The notes below the pieces were generated by a model. The model was not told the DNA's origin. It worked only from the letters and a program-made list of their open reading frames with translations, and searched no databases. Of a stretch of 64,000 nucleotides of DNA, positions 38,178 through 48,255 are shown one piece after another (position 1 is the stretch's first letter; every line of letters begins with the position of its first letter). The stretch covers positions 128,001 through 192,000 of the forward strand of contig JBFWVL010000004.1 of NCBI GenBank assembly GCA_050246755.1. The letters are read 5' to 3'. The DNA comes from Bacteriovoracia bacterium (GTDB lineage Bacteria; Bdellovibrionota; UBA1018; CAIPTA01). The position numbers were made by a program, and so were the translations under genes.

Positions 38178-38885
38178 ATGAAACCCCTAAGCTTACTAGC
38201 TATTGCGGCCTGCTTACTCTCCGCCGTTTCCGCTTTCGCCGAACCGGATAACTTGGTGAGCGTGATTAACCGCGATCTGCACGACGATACCGATCTCCTG
38301 CCGCGCCAGTTTCTCAAGCGTAATCACGGCACCAACGTGGTTCTCAATGAACACGAAATGGCCTGCTTCGAGCGGCAAAAAAAGGAAATGGACGATGCTT
38401 CCAAAGATGCGGAAGTGAAACAAAAGCTGAAAGAACTCAAAGTTCCGCGGATGACGTTCCACCTGATATCTGGTGCGAAAGACCGCGGCGTGAATTTCAA
38501 CTGGAATACCCCCCGCCGCTATAATTCCCCGGGTGGAAATTACCTTATCGTGAAGTTCGGCATGAATGGCGGCCGCTGCTATTTCAGCTCGGCTACCGAT
38601 ATCAAACGCCGCGTGATCGACGGAAAAAGCCGGAAATTGGGCCGAATGATCGTGATGGAAGACGGCACGATGATGACGGCTCAAGAAGCCGCGGCGGCCA
38701 AAGTTAAAGCGGTTGAGGCGGCCAAGGAAAAACAAGCCGTAGCGGCTGGCTCCTTATTTCGCGCGCCCGCCAATGCAGTGCAAGTTACTCCGCCTAAACC
38801 CAGGGCGGCCCCGGTGGTGAATGAAGAAGATAGTTCCGAGGATAGCGAAGAAGTACCCGTTACTTTATCGGAGGATCCACAGTAG
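38178..38885 (+). CDS. Secreted hypothetical protein
   Basis: Signal peptide (AFA); Ala/Pro-rich acidic tail. Confidence 0.7.
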   Translation: MKPLSLLAIAACLLSAVSAFAEPDNLVSVINRDLHDDTDLLPRQFLKRNHGTNVVLNEHEMACFERQKKEMDDASKDAEVKQKLKELKVPRMTFHLISGAKDRGVNFNWNTPRRYNSPGGNYLIVKFGMNGGRCYFSSATDIKRRVIDGKSRKLGRMIVMEDGTMMTAQEAAAAKVKAVEAAKEKQAVAAGSLFRAPANAVQVTPPKPRAAPVVNEEDSSEDSEEVPVTLSEDPQ

Positions 38886-38905
38886 TAGGGCGGGGTCACT
38901 CTCCC

Positions 38906-39478
38906 CTACTTTTCCACTTTACCCGGTGGTGGAACCAAATCTATCTCTTTCAGTTCCCTCTCCACGTTCAAGAATTTACCCAGGAATCCCGGTGCGTGGG
39001 TGCTGAGCCAGCCGAATAATAAATACTTGATGCCGCGGCCAGCGAATACGAGGGCGCAAATTTTCCAGATCGGCATTCCCGCGAAGGCGGCTAAGGCGAT
39101 AGCGGGATGTTGCATTAGTGGGCCAAGGGCCATCAAAAATACGGCGCTAGCGCCCCACCGTTCCATCAGCTCCACGGTCCATATCCAAGAATGGGTTTCC
39201 GGAAGGTTCGGAACCAGGTAGAGGAGCAATGGCCAGCCGTGTTCTCGTAATACGATCGAAAGCAGGCAAACCCCTACCGTAGAACCAAAGCTTACGGCGG
39301 CGGCGAAATAAAGCCATTTTTTCGGGCGCAGCATCGCGGCGCTCACCAGCAAGGCATCGGTGGGGATCACCACCACGAAAAGATCCACGGCGGCCATCAG
39401 CGCGAGCGCGGGGCCGTACCACCAATTGTCCATATGCGACTGCAGGGCGGTAAGCGTGCGTTTGAGGGTCTTGACCAT
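38906..39478 (-). CDS. YqaA/DedA (VTT domain) membrane protein
   Basis: FVVVIPTDALL, GSTVG and FAGRGIKY pattern. Confidence 0.75.
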   Translation of the reverse strand: MVKTLKRTLTALQSHMDNWWYGPALALMAAVDLFVVVIPTDALLVSAAMLRPKKWLYFAAAVSFGSTVGVCLLSIVLREHGWPLLLYLVPNLPETHSWIWTVELMERWGASAVFLMALGPLMQHPAIALAAFAGMPIWKICALVFAGRGIKYLLFGWLSTHAPGFLGKFLNVERELKEIDLVPPPGKVEK

Positions 39479-39498
39479 GAGTTAGTTATTCTATGGCA

Positions 39499-39544
39499 GA
39501 AAAAGAAAAACCCAAGAAGCATTGCTGCCACTTGGGTTTTTCTT
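39499..39544 (-). terminator. Intrinsic terminator of rpsR-rpmG-rplX
   Basis: AAGAAAAACCCAAG / CTTGGGTTTTTCTT arms with a T-rich tail on the minus strand. Confidence 0.8.
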
Positions 39545-39562
39545 CGGTTAGGAACCTGGGTC

Positions 39563-39883
39563 TTACGACTTCAGTTCGGTTCCACTTTTCTTGAAGGTAC
39601 GAACGCGTTCGCCTTTTTTACCGTGGGAGATCTTGATGCGACCGCCCTTATTGGTTTTCGGGTCTACGAGCATTACGTTCGAAGAGTGGATGGCCGCTTC
39701 TTTCTCCAGAATGCCGCCTTGGGGATTGCTTTGGCTCGGTTTGGTGTGACGTTTTACACGGTTCACGCCTTCGACCAAAACACGCATGCGGGCAGTCATG
39801 AGGCCGATCACTTTGCCTTGTTTGCCTTTGTCTTTACCGGCGATCACTTCTACGAGATCACCCTTTTTGATTTTCCATTTCAT
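39563..39883 (-). CDS. rplX: 50S ribosomal protein L24
   Basis: [21 protein letters not shown] motif; VEGVN..KRH; EAAIHSSNV. Confidence 0.96.
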   Translation of the reverse strand: MKWKIKKGDLVEVIAGKDKGKQGKVIGLMTARMRVLVEGVNRVKRHTKPSQSNPQGGILEKEAAIHSSNVMLVDPKTNKGGRIKISHGKKGERVRTFKKSGTELKS

Positions 39884-39906
39884 AATTGAAACCTTTCAGC
39901 GAAAAA

Positions 39907-40056
39907 TTAACGCTTCTCTTTGTGAACTTTATGTCCACGGCAAGCACGGCAGAATTTCTTCTTTTCGAGCTTATCCGGAGTGCGGGTTTTGTTTTTGGTG
40001 GTGCCGTAGTTGAAGCGGCCGCAAGCATCGCAAACGAGTTGAATGATCGTACGCAT
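39907..40056 (-). CDS. rpmG: 50S ribosomal protein L33 (Zn-ribbon form; absent from the ORF track)
   Basis: Manual translation [49 protein letters not shown]; TAATG overlap with the rpsR stop. Confidence 0.93.
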   Translation of the reverse strand: MRTIIQLVCDACGRFNYGTTKNKTRTPDKLEKKKFCRACRGHKVHKEKR

Positions 40057-40313
40057 TAGAACGCTCCGTTAGGCAGAAGAGCCAACTGACGAGCGCGTTT
40101 AACGGCTCGAGCCAATTGACGTTGTTGTTTAGCATTTAGGCGGGAAACGCGTGCTGCCACAATCTTTCCGCCCGGGGTGGTGAATTGGGAGAGCATTTCT
40201 ACGTCTTTATAGTCGAAGATCATGTCCTTCGCCGGACGTGGGCGTCGTTTGAAAAAACTCTGCTCTTTGTCGCCTCTATCGCCTCTGTCGCCGCGAGATT
40301 CTCTTTCAGCCAT
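40056..40313 (-). CDS. rpsR: 30S ribosomal protein S18 (cysteine-free form)
   Basis: FDYKD..L..F....GKI..R....[19 protein letters not shown]; AGGAG RBS. Confidence 0.93.
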   Translation of the reverse strand: MAERESRGDRGDRGDKEQSFFKRRPRPAKDMIFDYKDVEMLSQFTTPGGKIVAARVSRLNAKQQRQLARAVKRARQLALLPNGAF

Positions 40314-40422
40314 TTTCTATTCTCCTGCCATGCTCCCGGCAGCCATCCATATGGTGCCATGGTTAATAAAGAGAGCGTGGAAGGTGAAGGTATGCCGTAC
40401 TTTCGTTTTAAAATCAACGACT

Positions 40423-40574
40423 AAAGGCGGACCAAAGGCAAAGGGGCAGATCGGCAAAAGGGCAAAGAGCGCCGAGGGAAAGCGAGAGAGAATTGCTGAG
40501 CTGCGCTACTTTTTCTGGGTCTGCTTCCCATCTTCGCCATCTTGCTCATCTGTCCTATGCCATTCTGCCTTTTT
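40423..40574. repeat. About 150-nt imperfect inverted repeat built from GGCARA-like units
   Basis: Purine-rich left half is complementary to the pyrimidine-rich right half (AAAGGCGGA/TCTGCCTTT; GGCAAAGGGGCAGAT/ATCTGTCCTATGCC). Confidence 0.6.
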
Positions 40575-40690
40575 ACATTGACCCCCATTGTCAAAACCCG
40601 CGTTTTTCCTCAAGAATTTTCTCAATCTCCGATCCCAAATATGAGATAAATAGAGCGATCATTTCTATCTTTTGGGAAAGGACTACCCGC

Positions 40691-43420
40691 TTGGAGAAGT
40701 TTACTTATTTAGGCGCCCAGAACGTCGGCTATATCGAAGAGCTCTTCGAGAGCTTTTTGCAAAACCCTCAGGCAGTGGATCCAGAATGGCGGATGTTTTT
40801 CGAAGGAATCGAATTCGCCAAAAAGGTGAGCGGCTCCGCGCAGGGATTTTCCGCCAAAGAAGTAAAAGTCTACGATCTCATCCGGGCCTACCGAAAATTC
40901 GGGCACATGAAGGCGAAGCTCGATCCTTTGGAGCTGCGGAACCGCAGCTTTCCCGAGCTTGAGCTTAGCATGTTCGGCTTAGACCAAAAAGATCTAGAGA
41001 GCTCCTTCGAGATCGGTTCCGTGATCGGCCTGAAGGGCGCAAAATTAAAAGATATCGTGGCTCAGCTAGAGCATATTTACTGCGGATCGATGGCGGTGGA
41101 GTTTACCGACTGCTATCCCGATGTGCAGCGCTGGATATTGAAGGAATACGAGCAAAGCGTTTTCCGGGCTTCGCCGGAAACGCAAAAAGAAACGCTCAAG
41201 ACGCTCACCAAAACCGAAGCGCTCGAAAAATTCATTCAGACCCGTTTCGTGGGCGCGAAGCGCTTTTCCGTGGAAGGGGGCGACGCCCTACTTCCCATGA
41301 TGGAGCACCTCTTGCGCGTGGGCGTGCCGGAAGGCCTGGAAGAAGTGGTGATCGGAATGGCTCACCGCGGGCGTGTGAACATGCTCGCCACCTATTGCGG
41401 TAAACCACTCGATCTCATTTTTTCCGAATTCGAAGGAAATTATAATTCCAATCAGGGCTACGTGGCCGATGGCGACGTGAAGTACCATATGGGATTCTCT
41501 TCGGATCGTGACGTGAGCGGAAAAAAAGTGCATCTTTCGATGGCCTTCAATCCCAGTCACCTCGAGTGCGTAGATCCGGTGGTCGCCGGCATGACCCGGG
41601 CCAAGCAGCGCTTGCGCAAGGACAATAAAGAGCGGAAAAAGGTTTTGCCCGTGCTCATTCACGGCGACGCGGCCTTCATCGGCCAAGGAGTGGTGCCGGA
41701 AACCCTCCAGCTTTCCCAGCTCGAAGGCTATACCGTGGGCGGTACGCTCCATATCGTGGTGAATAACCAGATTGGCTTTACTACCAATCCGGAATACTCG
41801 CGCTCTTCCACCTATTGCACCGATGTCATTAAGCCGCTCCGTGTGCCTGTGTTTCACGTAAATGGCGACAATGTGGATTCCTGCTTGCTCGCGCTGGAGC
41901 TGGCCTACAAATTCCGTCAGACCTTTAAGCAGGATATCGTGATCGATATCGTTTGCTACCGCCGCTTCGGGCATAACGAAGGCGATGAGCCTGCGTATAC
42001 CCAGCCGGTGATGTACCAGGCGATCAAGAGCCACCCCACTCTCCGCGAGATCTACGCCAAAAAGCTGGCGGCCGAGGGCGTAGCTACGGAGGAGGAGTCC
42101 AAGGCCATGCTAGAGGCCGAGATGGAACGTATGCAAGGCTTACTCGAAAAGTCGCGCAAGGAATCGATTACGCCGAAGTTCTTTACCCTCGAAGGCGTGT
42201 GGAAGGGCCTGAGACGCGCCAATGCCCAGGATTTCTGGCAAACGGTGGATACCCGCGCTTCCGCCGAGACGATCGAGTCCGTGGGCAAAGTGCTCACCAC
42301 TTGGCCCCAAGGCTTCACGCCGCACCCGAAATTACAGAAGCTCCTCGAGAGCCGCAAAAAAATGATGGAGCTCAAGGAAGTGGACTGGGGCATGGGTGAG
42401 CTGCTCGCCTACGGCGCCCTGGTGACCGAAGGAATTCCGGTTCGTTTGTCAGGCCAGGATGCTGGCCGCGGGACTTTCACGCACCGTCATGCCATCTTCC
42501 ACGATGCCAACGACGGTACCCGCTATTCCCCGCTGAACACCATTCAGCCCGACGTGGCCGACTTCGCCGTGCACGATTCCTCGCTATCCGAAATGGGCGT
42601 GCTGGGCTTCGAGTACGGAAATTCGATCACCGATCCCCGCTTGCTCGCGATCTGGGAAGCGCAGTTCGGCGATTTCGCCAACGGCGCGCAGATCATCATT
42701 GACCAGTTCATTGCTTCGGCCGAATCGAAGTGGCAGCGCATGACCGGCTTGGTAATGCTCTTGCCTCACGGCTACGAAGGCCAGGGCCCCGAGCATTCGA
42801 GCGCCCGGCTCGAGCGTTTCCTCCAGCTTTGCGCGCAGGAAAATATGCAGGTGGCTTACCCCACCACGCCTTCCCAGCTATTTCATCTCCTGCGCCGCCA
42901 AGTGAAGCGCGATTTCCGCAAGCCGCTCGTGATCATGAGCCCGAAATCTTTGTTGCGCCATCCCCAGGTGGTTTCTCCGCTAGAGGAATTCACCAAGGGC
43001 ACCTTCCGCGAAGTGATCGTGGATGCTCAGGCCGCGAAGGATCCGGCCAAGATCAAGAAAGTGGTTCTTTGCAGCGGCAAGATTTACTACGAGCTCAACG
43101 ATGAGCGCGTAAAAACCGGCGATGATTCCACCGCCATTCTTCGCGTGGAGCAGATTTATCCTTTCCCGGGCGAGCAAATCGCGCAGGCCTGCAAGGCCTT
43201 TACGAACCTGAAGCAGGTGATCTGGGCCCAGGAAGAACCCCGCAATATGGGCGCCTATTCTTTCGTGGCTCCTCGCCTGCAGGAATTTTTCCCGGATGCG
43301 GGAACTCGCGGAATCGCGTTCCGTTACGTGGGCCGCACCGAGCGCGCCAGCCCAGCAATCGGTTCGCCTAAAGTGCACCAACAAGAACAGATGGAAATCA
43401 TCAAAGGGTGTTTTCGATGA
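40691..43420 (+). CDS. sucA: 2-oxoglutarate dehydrogenase E1
   Basis: [28 protein letters not shown] and [16 protein letters not shown]; TTG start after AAAGGA. Confidence 0.97.
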   Translation: MEKFTYLGAQNVGYIEELFESFLQNPQAVDPEWRMFFEGIEFAKKVSGSAQGFSAKEVKVYDLIRAYRKFGHMKAKLDPLELRNRSFPELELSMFGLDQKDLESSFEIGSVIGLKGAKLKDIVAQLEHIYCGSMAVEFTDCYPDVQRWILKEYEQSVFRASPETQKETLKTLTKTEALEKFIQTRFVGAKRFSVEGGDALLPMMEHLLRVGVPEGLEEVVIGMAHRGRVNMLATYCGKPLDLIFSEFEGNYNSNQGYVADGDVKYHMGFSSDRDVSGKKVHLSMAFNPSHLECVDPVVAGMTRAKQRLRKDNKERKKVLPVLIHGDAAFIGQGVVPETLQLSQLEGYTVGGTLHIVVNNQIGFTTNPEYSRSSTYCTDVIKPLRVPVFHVNGDNVDSCLLALELAYKFRQTFKQDIVIDIVCYRRFGHNEGDEPAYTQPVMYQAIKSHPTLREIYAKKLAAEGVATEEESKAMLEAEMERMQGLLEKSRKESITPKFFTLEGVWKGLRRANAQDFWQTVDTRASAETIESVGKVLTTWPQGFTPHPKLQKLLESRKKMMELKEVDWGMGELLAYGALVTEGIPVRLSGQDAGRGTFTHRHAIFHDANDGTRYSPLNTIQPDVADFAVHDSSLSEMGVLGFEYGNSITDPRLLAIWEAQFGDFANGAQIIIDQFIASAESKWQRMTGLVMLLPHGYEGQGPEHSSARLERFLQLCAQENMQVAYPTTPSQLFHLLRRQVKRDFRKPLVIMSPKSLLRHPQVVSPLEEFTKGTFREVIVDAQAAKDPAKIKKVVLCSGKIYYELNDERVKTGDDSTAILRVEQIYPFPGEQIAQACKAFTNLKQVIWAQEEPRNMGAYSFVAPRLQEFFPDAGTRGIAFRYVGRTERASPAIGSPKVHQQEQMEIIKGCFR

Positions 43421-44655
43421 AAGTAGATATTAAAGTTCCCGCAGTCGGCGAATCAATCACCGAGGCCACCATCGGCCAATGGCTGAAAAAAGATGGCGAG
43501 CAGGTGAATAAAAACGATGTGTTGATCAGCCTCGAAACCGATAAAGCCACCGTGGAAGTGGTGGCGGAAAACGCCGGCAAGCTATCAATCTCCGCGAAGA
43601 ACGGATCAGTGGTTAAAATCGGTGCTACCGTGGGAAGCATCGATACGGATGCCACTGGCTCTGCCTCGGCCGATGCTCCACCGAAAGCCCCGGCTGCTTC
43701 GGCACCGAGCTCCCCTCCTCCCCGCGCCCCAGCTCCCGCGGCCAGCGCCGCGCCTTCTTTTGCGCAGGAAGTATTGAGCCCCGCCGTGCGCCGCGTGGTG
43801 GACGAGCGCGGCCTGGATCCCGCCACCATCAGCGGCACCGGCAAAGATGGACGCATCACCAAATACGACGCGGAATCCGCGCCGGCCTCGGCCCCGCGTT
43901 CGGCTCCTGCCGCCGCCGTGCCTACGTCGAGTATCAATCGTAGCTCGGTGAGCGACGCCGGCATCCGCCGCGTGCCGATGACCACGATCCGTAAACGTAT
44001 CGCCCAGCGCTTAGTGGAAGCGCAGCATACGGCCGCCATTCTCACCACTTTCAATGAAGTGGATATGAGCGCCGTGATGGCCCTGCGCGAGAAGTATAAA
44101 GATAAGTTCAAAGAGAAATACGGAGTATCGTTAGGCTTCATGGGCTTTTTCGTGAAGGCTTGCATCTTCGCGCTCAAAGAAATCCCCGAAGTGAACGCCA
44201 GCATCGAAGGCGAAGACACGGTTTACCACGACTATCATAATATCGGCGTGGCCGTGGGCACCGAGAAGGGTCTGATCGTGCCCGTGATCAAAGATGCCGA
44301 GCATCTTTCGCTTTCCGGCATCGAACTCGCCATCCGCGGTTTTGCCGGCAAGGCCAAGGAAGGAAAAATTTCGCCCAATGATCTTTCGGGCGGGACTTTC
44401 ACCATCTCCAACGGCGGCACCTATGGTTCCCTCATGAGTACGCCGATCCTCAACCCGCCCCAGAGCGGAATTCTCGGCATGCACAAGATCGAAGACCGCG
44501 CCGTGGTGGTCAATAAAGAGATCGTGATCCGCCCGATGATGTACCTCGCCCTTTCCTACGACCACCGGATCATCGATGGTAAAGGCGCCGTTACCTTCCT
44601 CGTGAAAGTAAAAGAAGCGATCGAGGATCCGCAGCGTTTACTCTTGGAGATTTGA
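43417..44655 (+). CDS. sucB: Dihydrolipoamide succinyltransferase E2
   Basis: Lipoyl motif ETDKA, E3-binding [17 protein letters not shown]. Confidence 0.97.
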   Translation: MKVDIKVPAVGESITEATIGQWLKKDGEQVNKNDVLISLETDKATVEVVAENAGKLSISAKNGSVVKIGATVGSIDTDATGSASADAPPKAPAASAPSSPPPRAPAPAASAAPSFAQEVLSPAVRRVVDERGLDPATISGTGKDGRITKYDAESAPASAPRSAPAAAVPTSSINRSSVSDAGIRRVPMTTIRKRIAQRLVEAQHTAAILTTFNEVDMSAVMALREKYKDKFKEKYGVSLGFMGFFVKACIFALKEIPEVNASIEGEDTVYHDYHNIGVAVGTEKGLIVPVIKDAEHLSLSGIELAIRGFAGKAKEGKISPNDLSGGTFTISNGGTYGSLMSTPILNPPQSGILGMHKIEDRAVVVNKEIVIRPMMYLALSYDHRIIDGKGAVTFLVKVKEAIEDPQRLLLEI

Positions 44656-46064
44656 TGAGCGAGCAATTCGATTTAGTGATCATTGGCTCCGGCCCCGGCG
44701 GCTACGTGGGTGCCGTAAAGGCCGCCCAGCTTGGGCTAAAAACCGCGATCGTGGAAAAAGATCCCACGATGGGAGGAACTTGCCTGAACGTGGGTTGCAT
44801 TCCTTCGAAGGCCTTGCTGGATTCTTCCGAGAACTTCGATATGGCCCGCCACCATTTTAGTGAGCACGGCGTGCAAGTGGGCGACGTAAAGCTCGATCTT
44901 CCGCAGATGATGCTGCGCAAAGATAAGATCGTAAAAGACCTCACCAAGGGCGTGGCCTACCTCATGCGTAAGCATAAAGTTTCCGTATTCGAGGGCTATG
45001 GTTCGATCTCCAGTCCCAATACCGTGGAAGTTTCCGGCAACGACGGCAAAAAAACTCAGATCAATACCAAGAATATCGTGATCGCCACGGGCTCGGTGCC
45101 GAACGCCCTGCCTGCCCTGCAGTTCGATGGGAAAAAGATCATTTCCTCCACCGAGGCCCTTACCCTCTCTTCCGTGCCTAAGCACTTGATCGTGGTGGGC
45201 GGCGGCGTGATTGGCCTCGAGCTCGGTTCCGTATGGCTGCGCCTCGGCGCCAAGGTTACAGTGATTGAATATGGCGAGCGCCTTTGCGGCGGCATGGACA
45301 AGCAGACCAGCGAAGCCCTCAAGCGCATCCTCGAGAAACAAGGCTTCTCTTTCATGATGAATACCAAGGTAATGGGCGCGCGCATCCAGGATTCCGGCGT
45401 CTCGGTATCCGTAGAAGGCAAAGCCGGCGAGAAGATGGACAACGTGGAAGGCGATATCGTGCTGGTAGCGGCCGGCCGCAAAGCCTTCACCACCGGCCTC
45501 GGCTTGGAAAATCTCGGCATCGAAAAAGACCAAGCAGGCCGCATCGTGGTGGATAGCCACCTACGCACCAAAAAGTTCGCGAATATCTATGCCATCGGCG
45601 ATGTGATCGCCGGCCCTATGCTCGCGCATAAAGCCGAAGAAGAAGGCGTGGCCGTGGCCGAAATGGTGGCGGGAAAGCCCGGCCACGTGAACTATTTTAC
45701 GGTTCCGAGCATTGTGTATACTTGGCCGGAAGTGGCCTCGGTGGGCTTCACGGAAGAGCAGCTCAAGGAAAAAGGCACCGAGTATAAGGCGGGTAAATTT
45801 CCTTTCACCCCGAACGGCCGCGCCAAAGCCATGGGCATGACGGATGGCTTCGTGAAAATCCTCGCCGACAAGAAAACCGATCGCGTGCTCGGCGTGCATA
45901 TCATCGGCCCCCGCGCTTCGGATATGCTGGCGGAAGCCACGATGGCGATGGAGTTTGGCGGCAGCGCCGAAGACATCGCCCGCGCCTTCCACGCCCACCC
46001 CACGCTTTCCGAAGTGATGCGGGAAGCGGCGCTCGCGGTGGATAATCTTTCCCGGCAGATGTAG
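44655..46064 (+). CDS. lpdA: Dihydrolipoamide dehydrogenase E3
   Basis: GSGPGGY, GGTCLNVGCIPSK and HAHPTLSE. Confidence 0.97.
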   Translation: MSEQFDLVIIGSGPGGYVGAVKAAQLGLKTAIVEKDPTMGGTCLNVGCIPSKALLDSSENFDMARHHFSEHGVQVGDVKLDLPQMMLRKDKIVKDLTKGVAYLMRKHKVSVFEGYGSISSPNTVEVSGNDGKKTQINTKNIVIATGSVPNALPALQFDGKKIISSTEALTLSSVPKHLIVVGGGVIGLELGSVWLRLGAKVTVIEYGERLCGGMDKQTSEALKRILEKQGFSFMMNTKVMGARIQDSGVSVSVEGKAGEKMDNVEGDIVLVAAGRKAFTTGLGLENLGIEKDQAGRIVVDSHLRTKKFANIYAIGDVIAGPMLAHKAEEEGVAVAEMVAGKPGHVNYFTVPSIVYTWPEVASVGFTEEQLKEKGTEYKAGKFPFTPNGRAKAMGMTDGFVKILADKKTDRVLGVHIIGPRASDMLAEATMAMEFGGSAEDIARAFHAHPTLSEVMREAALAVDNLSRQM

Positions 46065-46070
46065 TTCTTC

Positions 46071-47225
46071 TTAGCGAAACCGCAACGCCGCGGTTTCACT
46101 GCGGTCGGGTATGGCACGGAGAATTTCCAGCTCCGCCCTATTCTCCCGCGGAAATTCTTTCCAGTAGTCCATCACGCTCTTGCCATTTTTATCCTGCGCC
46201 TTGAGGCTGACTCCACGCTGGATCATCAGCTTCAGTACTTCGGTTTTTACGTTCCGCCCTGCCGAATAAAAATAATATCGGGAGAGCAGCATCACGGCCG
46301 TTCGGCCCTCTTCGTCGGTTTGCTCGAGATCGATCAAAGCAGAATTCCTCAGACCATGCACTAGCGCCAGCAAAGACGTAGGTGAAAGTTGCCCGGCCCA
46401 GCAAAGCAGTGCTCCCACCCGCGCACAGGGCCAGCTAGTGCCTAAGGTAAAAGGAATGCGTAAATCTGCGCCCATATCGATCGCCGCGATCACCGGATCG
46501 ATGAGGAAAACGTCGGGTTTGGAGTAAATTGCCAGCGGGATCGCGCCGCCATAGCCGAATTGCCGAAAATTGATATCAGCGCCGGCTTTTACTAAAAGAC
46601 GAACCGCTTCGGCAGATCGCGTGCGGAAAAGCGGGGCTTCCTGGGCGATGCGCGGATCGGCGCCAAGCTCGAGAAGCCGGGCCGTGATCTTGGCAATATT
46701 CGGGGCGCTCGAGAATAATTCATCGCCCGCGATGCGTGCTTTGCGGTCGGCCAGGTAATTTACGGAATCCACGTCTCCCTTCTCGGCGGCTTGGCCGAGG
46801 GGAAATTTTTCGAACGAGCAAATGGCTTCGGCGCACTTCCCTTCTTTATCTTGCGGGCAACTCTGCAGGTCGGCGCCGGCATCCACGAGGGTTTTCACGA
46901 AAGGAAAGGCATCTTCTTTGCGGATCATTTGGATCACATGGAGGATCTCGTAGCGGCAGAAGCCGTCCGAAATGGTGCGTAGCTTGAGATCTGCACCGAG
47001 GTCCACCAGGCGCTCGAATGCTTCAAAATCGGAGCTCTTCGCCGCAATTTCTAGGAGACTCTCCCGCTGAGAAGAGCGCAGGCAGTTCGTGGCGCGCGCG
47101 AGCCTTTCGATCGCGGGGAGATCCTTGGCTCTAATCGCCGCGGAAAATTTCTGGTGCCGGGCCTCCGTGCAATCCAGCGCGAATGCGTTTGGCGCTAGGA
47201 ATAGGAGGGCAAAAAGAAATCTCAT
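46071..47225 (-). CDS. Secreted ankyrin-repeat protein
   Basis: Signal peptide MRFLFALLFLAPNAFA; repeated L...GAD motifs; DEEGRTAVM and DKNGKSVMD. Confidence 0.8.
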   Translation of the reverse strand: MRFLFALLFLAPNAFALDCTEARHQKFSAAIRAKDLPAIERLARATNCLRSSQRESLLEIAAKSSDFEAFERLVDLGADLKLRTISDGFCRYEILHVIQMIRKEDAFPFVKTLVDAGADLQSCPQDKEGKCAEAICSFEKFPLGQAAEKGDVDSVNYLADRKARIAGDELFSSAPNIAKITARLLELGADPRIAQEAPLFRTRSAEAVRLLVKAGADINFRQFGYGGAIPLAIYSKPDVFLIDPVIAAIDMGADLRIPFTLGTSWPCARVGALLCWAGQLSPTSLLALVHGLRNSALIDLEQTDEEGRTAVMLLSRYYFYSAGRNVKTEVLKLMIQRGVSLKAQDKNGKSVMDYWKEFPRENRAELEILRAIPDRSETAALRFR

Positions 47226-47815
47226 TTCGAGAATCCGGCGAGCCCCAAATAACGTCGGTATACGTTGCGCGACTCGGTGGCCGAAATCACCAAGGAATAG
47301 CTGATTGCGCCCGCTTCGCTCAGCACGAAAGATTCCTCGCTGGGCTCGCCGAGCCAAATACGTTGGGCGCCCGAGGTGGGATCCAGCAGAAAGCGGAAAC
47401 TGTCGAAGTGCTTGCCGCGAAAATCCACCGACTGGGGCATATTCCATTCCACATTGCTCTGGCTTTTGCGCACGAACTCCGCGGGTCCGCGCACGGGGCC
47501 GAACGCTAGCGTGACTTCCCCGAGCTGGTTTTGGAGGCGCTCATTTAATCCGGGATTTTCTCCGTCCAAGCTCTGAAACGCGGAACAAAGAAAGGTATCG
47601 CGGGTGGCGCCGTTGCAGATATAGCCCTGCTTGCGCAGTTCGCCCATCCGGGCCAAACCTTCGTCGCTGTAGGAATAAACTATTTCGTAGCGCTTTTTCT
47701 GCAGGAGATCGAAGCGCTGGTTGAAGCGGTAGATTCCCGGTTCCAGGAAGACGGGTTCGCCGCCGGCCGCCAGGGAAGTAAATGGAATGAGGCACAGTAA
47801 AAGAAAGAAACGCAT
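47222..47815 (-). CDS. Secreted hypothetical protein
   Basis: GGAGG RBS, signal peptide, ATGA overlap with the ankyrin gene. Confidence 0.7.
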   Translation of the reverse strand: MRFFLLLCLIPFTSLAAGGEPVFLEPGIYRFNQRFDLLQKKRYEIVYSYSDEGLARMGELRKQGYICNGATRDTFLCSAFQSLDGENPGLNERLQNQLGEVTLAFGPVRGPAEFVRKSQSNVEWNMPQSVDFRGKHFDSFRFLLDPTSGAQRIWLGEPSEESFVLSEAGAISYSLVISATESRNVYRRYLGLAGFSK

Positions 47816-47823
47816 ATACCCTC

Positions 47824-48255
47824 CTATTTTGACTCTCGTGCAACTACGGCCAATGTGCAGCGCGAGCTGCATACTAGTTTCCCGTCGCTGGTTTTTAATT
47901 CAATTTGCCAAACTTGGGTGCGGCGGCCCACGTGCACCGGCCAGCCTTCGCCCACTACCTTGCCGCCATCGGGCACGCCGCGGATATGGTTGGCATTGAT
48001 CTCGAGGCCTACCACGGTTTCTTTTTGCTGGTCGATATGCACTCCGGCGCCGAAGGAAGCTAAAGTTTCGGCAAACGCAACGGAAGCTCCTCCGTGGAGC
48101 AAGCCGTAGGGCTGAATGGTGCGATGATCCACGGGCATGGTGCCGCGGATGGATTTTTCATCGAGGTGCGTGATTTCTATTCCTAGAGTATTCACCAGGG
48201 ACTGGGTTTTGGGGTCACGGATTTTTTTCCAGATGGTTTCGATGTTTGAACTCAT
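47824..48255 (-). CDS. PaaI/MenI-like hotdog-fold thioesterase
   Basis: QPYGLLHGGASVAFAET and GLEINANH. Confidence 0.92.
   Translation of the reverse strand: MSSNIETIWKKIRDPKTQSLVNTLGIEITHLDEKSIRGTMPVDHRTIQPYGLLHGGASVAFAETLASFGAGVHIDQQKETVVGLEINANHIRGVPDGGKVVGEGWPVHVGRRTQVWQIELKTSDGKLVCSSRCTLAVVARESK

Noticed and set aside
40220-40417. 65-aa ORF upstream of and overlapping rpsR (possible rpsF or rpsN)
   Set aside because: No similarity to ribosomal proteins, and it overlaps rpsR out of frame.
43660-43930. Low-complexity Pro/Ala repeats
   Set aside because: Normal flexible linkers of the E2 subunit.
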